A stretch of 64,000 bases of DNA from Macrostomum lignano. Lineage: Eukaryota. This document shows positions 47,414 to 64,000 of this stretch, piece by piece. A model generated the notes under the pieces. That model did no database searches and was not told the origin of the DNA. It worked only from the letters and a program-made list of their open reading frames with translations. Position 1 is the first letter of the stretch; each line of letters opens with the position of its first letter. Location: positions 81,575 to 145,574 of the forward strand of contig NIVC01001282.1 of assembly GCA_002269645.1 (NCBI GenBank), written 5' to 3'. The position numbers and the translations under genes are program-made.

Positions 47414-48889
47414 TAGTTATTCTGGGATCTGTGGCTTCTACCGGTAAAGCTTTATTTGCCCGCTCTAATTTCTGCCACATTGACATTCGCAGCACTCGAC
47501 ACTTACATACTGAATTATCATACGCTTTCCTCCTGCTGCCCTCAATTCAAGTGTATATAATAGAGCGCAAAAGATTAGCTTACTTAGGTCAGCAGTGTGC
47601 GTACATTCACACTGTACATGTACATTGCGCGCTGGAGATCCAAGGGCGCAGTGTTAGGGGTAGCCCCTCACCCCTAGAACGATACCAGTAGAATATAAAT
47701 CACGAGGGAGGCTCGCGAGCGCACAGACTACAGCTTGAATAAACACGAATGTACATTTAATGTACAGTGCGCGAAGCCGCTAAAGATAAGGGGGTCGGAA
47801 AACAAAAGTTTGCCTTTCCCAATCCGCACGCCTGGAACCGACTGAATGTACATTGAATGTGTATAAGAAGTGATTCAGAAGGAAAAGTTATAACAACTCT
47901 ATACACAAGAGTTCATAAATCGTATTCATTTTGAATCCAACACTTTTTTTCCGTAGATGCTATGTAATTTGTCTCAGTCAGGTTTGTTGCTGGCAATACA
48001 TTTTCAACTATGTATGTACTCCAATCGTTAATTTTGTGAATGTACATCTCCACTTAGTCTGCGGTTCTCATATTGATACCAATGCTCGTACAAGCTTGTT
48101 AATTAATTATAATATTTGCTTCGTATTTTCCGTGCATGAAGAATGGGATTTTCTCATTGCAATGATGACGTCATTGTCAAGTGTTTTGCTTAGTACTCGA
48201 AGTACGTAAATTCATGAATCGTATATAATCATTAAACGAGCTGAAATCAGACATTTTCCACTACTGGCTACTGACAGTAGCATACTCCGACTGCGACTAC
48301 ACATTTCGTGACAAGATAAAAACTAAATAGAAATATTGTGATTTTACGAGTAGTGAATTCAGGGAATTTATCCGCCGCCAAGCTGCAAGCAACAGTTAAA
48401 GAAACAACAGCAATCTATTTGTTAATACGCGAAACGAACACAGAACCGACAGGTAGGCATATAAATATATAAATCTTAAAAACACAGATGCCAATAGTAA
48501 GAGAATTTTAAAATTGCCAATGAAGCATGCAACTGCACAAGTCCTGCATTAGGCTGAACAAAATTAAATTTCCTTTTAAAAGAATCTTCAACATTTTTAA
48601 TCCAGTCGCGAATGTGCGCATAAAATGTTGTGTACAAGCTCAGAAACAAACATTAACAGTAGCGCAGTTCAAACAGATCTAAATTAGTAATAATAGTAAT
48701 TAATTAACAATAAAGCTATTCATTATATACTGGAACACAACAGCCGGGTCAATACTGACAGACAGTCAAAACGCGAACAATTCAACGACAAAAATTTACG
48801 CAGAGATCAACAATTGAATATTGCACACAGGATGGCCTTTCGCGCGGGCCGGGTTCTGTGGAACCAGTCAGGCCTCTGAGACGCTCTTG

Positions 48890-58223
<9,334 letters not shown>

Positions 58224-59200
58224 TAGACTTATTTGCTAAAATTAAATGCTAGGGCCTAATAATATAAATAAAATTAAAAAGTTAGACTATGACAAAGAAA
58301 TCATTCTAAATAATAGGATGGTCTCAATGAGTTGGAGATGTCAAATTGTCAAATGTCGAATTAAAAGTATAAAATTACAAAAAATTGCACTTCACTCCCT
58401 GAAGTCTTGTTTCTTGAAGTTTAAATTAAATGCAATGTAAGTGTTAACTGTTAAGCGATTTATTACTTATTTTTTAAGCCAAACTTTGTTTATAACATAA
58501 ATTTCTAATACTTTAATCTGTGTAACTTTACTAGTGAGTTTTGTATCTTTAAAAGTAAACTATAGTCGTGGTGAACCGGCAGTGTAGTGGTAGTGGGTAG
58601 TAGGTGCAGCCAGGTGAAGGATATTTATGGAGTAACTTAGTATTTAGCTCAGATAAAACAGCTTGTTTGGCCAAATCAATTTCAAGATCTATTTTATTAA
58701 ATTTTTTTAAAAACAAAACGATGTCCTTAGCAAATAAATATTAACGTAAAGACTTCAAATATAGACTCTAGAACTACAAGACCTCGTATAGTATATTAGA
58801 TAACGTGATCGTGATAGTTGCGGAGTTGTCGAATGTGATTCACTGAAAATATATAATTTAAATTATATTTGGAATATTCTCTGTCTTAAATAATCACATA
58901 GAAACACAAAACCAGTGTTAGAGTATGCACTTTAGTTTTCCTCTCTGAGTTTTAAAGGTAATAAAAATGTAAAATTCGTTTAAACTAAACGCACGTTTCA
59001 TGCACGCCGGGGTGCCAGTCATTCGTATAATTTCATTAAATGGACAGCTTGTCAATTAAGATTAGTTTCGCGACGTGTCCAGAGTCCATCTTAACACCTC
59101 TAACCGTTATTATGTTTAGGGCACTTAATTTAGGGTTTAGGGGTATACGCGAGCGTATCTCGATCATGTACATCCCTCAATAAGAATTTTCGACTAAAAG

Positions 59201-59424
59201 TTGACTAGAAGTCATCTTGTGCAAGCTTAAAACTTGTCTAAAAGTTATCTAAAATATGACTTGATCTTGACTTGAAACTTGCTAGAAATTGTCTAGATGT
59301 TCGCGAAAAGTGACTTTTGAAAGTCAACTTCCAGACAACTGCAAGTCACTTAGGAAAGTTACTAATAGTTGTCTTTTGATGACTTAAGTCATCTTGAGCC
59401 AATTCGAAGATGACTTTTAGTCAA
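59201..59424. mobile_element. MITE-like foldback, about 225 bp
   Basis: TTGACTAGAAGTCATCTT versus AAGATGACTTTTAGTCAA, 17/18 inverted match. Confidence 0.5.
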
Positions 59425-60510
59425 TAATTTTTATTCTGGATGTATAGATATCGTGTATCGTGTATCGTGTAACTTCTATACTTTTCACATGGTGACCCAT
59501 ACATATGCATGTAGTCCTGTTCTTAGAAACAGCTACGTAGGTCAGTGAATTGTTAGAGGACCAGTCCGAAAGCCAATCAAGACAGAGAGTGAGCCATGGC
59601 AAACGACCTTGGAGCTGGCATATACACATGTATCGTGTTACCGACCTATAATTTGGACTCTATTTAAGCCCGTGATTTAAGCTAAGGATTTTTCTCCCGG
59701 TTTCTACCAATGAAGATCCCTATTTTTTGCTCCCAACTCCCGCGGTTTATTGTGTCGATGCTGTCTACGGATACGAGTATTGAGCTTTTCGCTTCCGGGA
59801 CTCCAAATAAAATTTGAGTCCAGACCAGAGTCCACTGCGCGGGAGCCGTACTGGCTGTGACATCGACAATACCAGCAGATCGCTCTGGCAGAGCGTCATC
59901 GATCCTACTGGAAGCGATACTATGCATGCAGTTCCGGCTTCATCAAGCCAGCAGTGACGGCTTACACCGGAGGATCAGCAGCATAAGGGTTATCGCACTG
60001 TGACACACTAAGAATGGGGGTCGAACTTCAGCTGTCCGGAGACTGGCAATAGTACTTTAGCAGCAGGTCCGTATAGAGCTTTGCACCAGGCCCGAATGCT
60101 ACCTTTAGAATTCCTTCAGTTAGGGCAGCTCGTCTGTAACCAGAGGCCTGTAGCGACGCAGCTTCTACATGTATCTGTCCATCTACCATCCACGGAGTCC
60201 AGGCAACGGGACGGAAAAAAGGATGCGGATGCTACATGTATGTGGAGGCTTATTTCCTCATCTCTTTCTTCAATGTGAAAATAAAAAGAGCCACTTATTT
60301 CCTTGTTCGCTTGTTATATCTGCGATACAAAAGCAAGACTTTTTTGCAGAAACAAAGTTACCGTGTCAAAAGTTCAGACGAGTTTAAAGAAAAAATTCCT
60401 TTCCTGGTATTATCGACTAAAATTACTTATGCAAGACATTGAAGTTTAGGCGTGACATACCACTACTTATGCTAAAAAAACAATTTTCTAAGACATCTCT
60501 ACCGAAGTCT

Positions 60511-61056
60511 TCAAGAGTCTTCTATCTGAAGGAAGGCGAACTCTTCCTTATTTTCATGGTGCTTGAGCACTCTAGGGTACTTGGGTGCGGTGGTGTAGGC
60601 GCTCCATCTCTGCGCTTTCGCATTGCCGCACTTCTCCTTCTTCTCGCCTGGGCAGGGCTCGTTGCACTCGCTGTCGTCCCTCTTCTCGCTGGTCTCCAGG
60701 AACGACTCGCAGAAGCACTTGTTTCCGATGAGGCCCATGTACTTGCTGCCAGTGGGATAGCAGTGATCGTTGCAGAGGGACAGACGGATGTTCTGGTACT
60801 CCATGGCAGTGTGGTGCGCTTCGCCCGGATAGCAGCCTTGGTACTCTACGATCATTTTATTCTTTGGCGGACCAGTGAAGAATGTTTTTATCTCTGAAAG
60901 GAAGTCACGATTAGGTCGATTTTTATCTTGAATGTTGGCGGAACTATGTTTTGCGGTGAATTACAGAACTCATAATTACTCACTTTTAGGACATCCTTCG
61001 ACAGATATGAACATCGCACCTAGGCAGATCAGAAGAGCTGACGCGGTAAATTGCAT
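60511..61056 (-). CDS. Secreted single-WSC-domain protein, copy 1 (151 aa)
   Basis: complement join(60984..61056, 60511..60893); signal peptide MQFTASALLICLGAMFISVEG; WSC pattern YQGC...LCNDHC...YMGLIGNKCFC...ECNEPCPG...KCG with 8 Cys; 90-nt phase-1 intron. Confidence 0.9.
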
Positions 61057-61373
61057 CCTTGTCGATCCGTGATTCTGAAAGTACTTAATTGCGGTGCCAA
61101 ATTTGATGCCCTTTTAGAGCTCCAGAAATACTGATTTGCCTGAATTTTGCAAAGTTTGTTTTGGCAGGGGCGAGCGAGCAAGGCTGTGGACATAGAGTGT
61201 CCCAGAGGGCACAGCGCCTGAGGCTATGTCTATGATAATGCGAACAGGCCCGCGTAGCTGAGCTGATAATCGGTTGAGATTGTTTGAAGTCGTGCGTATA
61301 TTGCCGCCGCTTAAGTCGTTCTTGTCTAATAACACGAGTTGAGACAAAGCTTTGAATTCAACGCATACCGGAG

Positions 61374-61862
61374 ATGAAGTTCGTTTCGTCAGTCCTGTTG
61401 ATTTGCTTCTGCAGTGCGATGATCTGCTCCGTCGAAGGATGTCCAAAAAGTAAGCACCCGGGATTTATCTAACCTGATCTATCTAACTTTTTCTGCATTG
61501 ATTTGCACCTAAGCCGTTTCCATCCAACTTATTTTTTAGAGATTAAAACATTCTTCGCCGGTCCAGATAAAGTCGAAATAAAAGTAGAGTACAAGGGCTG
61601 CTTTCCTGGAAAGGCGCACCACACTGCCATGGAGTACCCGAACATTCGCATAGCACTCTGCAACGATCACTGCTATCCCACTGGCAGCAAGTACATGGGC
61701 CTCATCGGAAACAAGTGCTTCTGCGAGTCGTTCCTGGAGAATAGCGAGAAGAAGGACGACAACGAGTGCAGCGTACCGTGTCCCGGCGACGAGAAGGAGA
61801 AGTGCGGCGATGAGAAGGCGGAGCGATGGAGCGCCTACACCACTGGGCCCAAGTATCCGTGA
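61374..61862 (+). CDS. Secreted single-WSC-domain protein, copy 2 (132 aa)
   Basis: join(61374..61449, 61540..61862); signal peptide MKFVSSVLLICFCSAMICSVEG; same 8-Cys WSC pattern; 90-nt phase-1 intron. Confidence 0.92.
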
Positions 61863-62659
61863 AGTACTTCCTTCCTACTTCCATGAAGACAAACTCGGTG
61901 ATAACCACTACAATTAGCTTTTTGTAAGCAGACTTTAGAGCTCTTTGTTACAATGTAAGCATGCGAACATTTCTTTCAACGGCCTGAAAAAGCAGATCTT
62001 TGCTTTTGCTTTCGACTCCCGTACGCATTAGCTGAAATTCTGTTAAACAGAATTACTCAGTCAAGGTTTTACAGTAAACTGCCTTTGTACATGTACATGT
62101 ACAAGTATCGTAATAGTAAATAAAATAAGAATGCGAAGAGAGGGACAATAATGCATATTTGCATTGACTTTTTCTTTCAATTCAAGTTAAGCAGTGGCAC
62201 GACTGAATGCACCAATCTGCTCCCTACGCCACAAACTGTTTGGCAAGAGGATTTAAAAACAACAATAAAAAGAAAATGCGTCCTCCCGGAAGGCTGAGTG
62301 AACCCCTGGGGCACCGTGGGGGTCAGCGAGTAGGCGTTCGACGTTCTTGCGACGCGAGTGCGCGTTAGCATGTCCTCAATTTGTTTTCCGCACCTTCTGC
62401 CCGGTTTGCGCAGCAGTACGGCTTGGCGCGAATGATTTGGCCTGTCAGAGTCGCCGACGACATAAAGTCACTTGAACTGGTCAGAGGATGTCTCGGGGAA
62501 GTTCTGATGGGGAAATTTCTCAATGCCAATCAGGAGCTGGTGCAGGGGCCAAGAAAACCGTCGATTACATGATCTGATTGAGCAGCTTTGCAAACGCCGA
62601 AAGTAGATGCTCTTTTCTGAAATTGATGCTCTTCAAGCCTTGGTGCTCTTTGTTTTGAT

Positions 62660-62938
62660 AATTATTTATGATCACACCTGCCCTAATGGGCAGATGCGCA
62701 ACCGACAGCTCAGCCGCAGCTATTGCGCGGCGCATCTGAAGGCTGCGTACGGCTGTTCAGTCTAAGCACTGGGGGGTCGCCACACACACCCTCAACTAGC
62801 CCAGCTAATGCTGGCCCCCATTTTACAGCTGGGTGAACTGAAGCAATGCAGAGTTAAGAGACACAAACTGTTCCGAGTGGTTCGAGAATCGAACTCCGAA
62901 CCTTCAGTCGTGAGTCCAACGCTCTAATCACTAGGATA
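62660..62938 (-). mobile_element. SINE family B copy
   Basis: Reverse complement of the 13845-14150 family from tail to tRNA head. Confidence 0.9.
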
Positions 62939-63082
62939 AAAGCTCCATTCCTTATGTTGTAACAAAGTCATGAAAAAAGTTGTTTTACTTTTTCAGCAAA
63001 TATTTTATTTAAACCAGTAATTGGTGACGCCTTGTCTGTCCGGTCATTAGTGCTCAACATTAAGGATCTGGCACTTTTCTCA

Positions 63083-64000
63083 TTGCGTTCTCATGGCACA
63101 CTACGAGCTAAAAGGCTGTGGCGGAGTTATCAACCGATGCAGGGCCTCGACTTGAACCTGGGTGTCTTTGTCTCTGGACTCTGCGCCGCCGCGGTGGACG
63201 GCGAGCCACAGCAGCAGCAGCCCATGGTTGTGGTAGCAGTCTCTTCGCGGCGACCCGGACCCATCTCTTCGATGGGACACGACTGCTACCCGTACAGGCC
63301 CCACACCGGTCTCGGACCCGGCCCGTCAGTGGTGGCCGTGGAGTGCCTCTTTCCAACCTCAGCCAGTGTCTGCCATTGTCAACACCTGCAGCTGGCGCCT
63401 CAGCCGCTCCAGGGACATAGAAAGCAACCCCGGCCCCGGCCCTGCCGCCACCTCTGCCCGCTGCGCCCACTGCGCGCGGGCTTTGCGCTCCGGGGCCTCC
63501 GGTCTGACTTGCGCCGCCCCTCACTGCAATAACAGCTGCCACCGTCAACCCTCCTGCAGCGGAATCCGCCGTGCTTAGTCGTCTGCCACCTGGTTCTGCC
63601 ACCTGCACCGGACCACCGTCGAACCTCCGCTCTCGGCCGAACCTACTGGAGCTGCTAGTGCACTTCCTGCTCCCATTGCGGCGGCCAACTCCGCAGGGGG
63701 CCCGCCACCTTCACTGTGCACATGACGGCTGCAACGCGGCCTGTCATTGCGCTTGCAGAGGGTCCTCGTGGTACCGGCGCAACGCTTCTTGGCGGTGCCC
63801 GTCTCACAAGCCGGCGGCCGCGACCCGGACCTTTCACGGACGCCCGCGGCCCGTCTCGACGGCCGCCCTGCCGCCCCCCCCCCGACCAACTGCTGTCTTT
63901 GTCACAAACGCATTCGGTCCAACACCGTGTCCCTCCGCTGTGTCACCTGCAGTCGTACCCGCCCAAAAAAGCCTGCGCTGGCTCCATCGGATCAAAGCCA
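63083..64000 (+). mobile_element. Decayed 5' end of a non-LTR retrotransposon (CR1/L2-type) with a 2A-like peptide and PHD fingers, running off the window
   Basis: DIESNPGP at 63414-63437, then CAHC...CAAPHC...CH...C...WFCHLH, a second partial finger (CAHDGC...CH...WRCPSH) and a third (CCLC...CVTC); in-frame TAG at 63576 and frameshifts. APE and RT are not visible, so the class is inferred from architecture; the 5' boundary is uncertain. Confidence 0.7.

Noticed and set aside
59682-60060. GC-balanced, coding-looking stretch upstream of GRK
   Set aside because: All frames are interrupted and no domain is recognisable; it may be a decayed gene or UTR, but I cannot support a call.

Overview
Eukaryotic (animal, invertebrate) genomic DNA with GT-AG introns, GC-rich exons, AT-rich blocks at about 1-5.8 kb and 57.3-59.0 kb, and a different minisatellite in most introns. 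The style suggests a free-living flatworm such as Macrostomum; this is an inference and was not tested. Genes reconstructed by hand: RPS27 (+, 2 exons); a tandem-domain protein tyrosine phosphatase whose catalytic motifs are degenerate in both domains (+, about 15 exons); a signal peptide-PAN-LamG gene or pseudogene nested antisense in a PTP intron; an unrecognised 4-exon gene (-); an LRR single-pass membrane protein (+); a GRK4/5/6-type kinase (-, 9 exons); and two paralogous secreted single-WSC-domain genes arranged head-to-head. Mobile DNA: two tRNA-derived SINE families, several MITE-like elements, a solo LTR inside a satellite, and the decayed 5' end of a non-LTR retrotransposon with a 2A-like (StopGo) peptide and PHD fingers. 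Most notable: two minisatellites built from amplified splice junctions, a telomeric tract placed like a branch point, inverted satellite arrays between divergent genes, the nested gene, and the WSC pair. Coordinates were counted by eye; repeat edges are approximate. Several apparent frameshifts sit in homopolymer runs and may be assembly errors.
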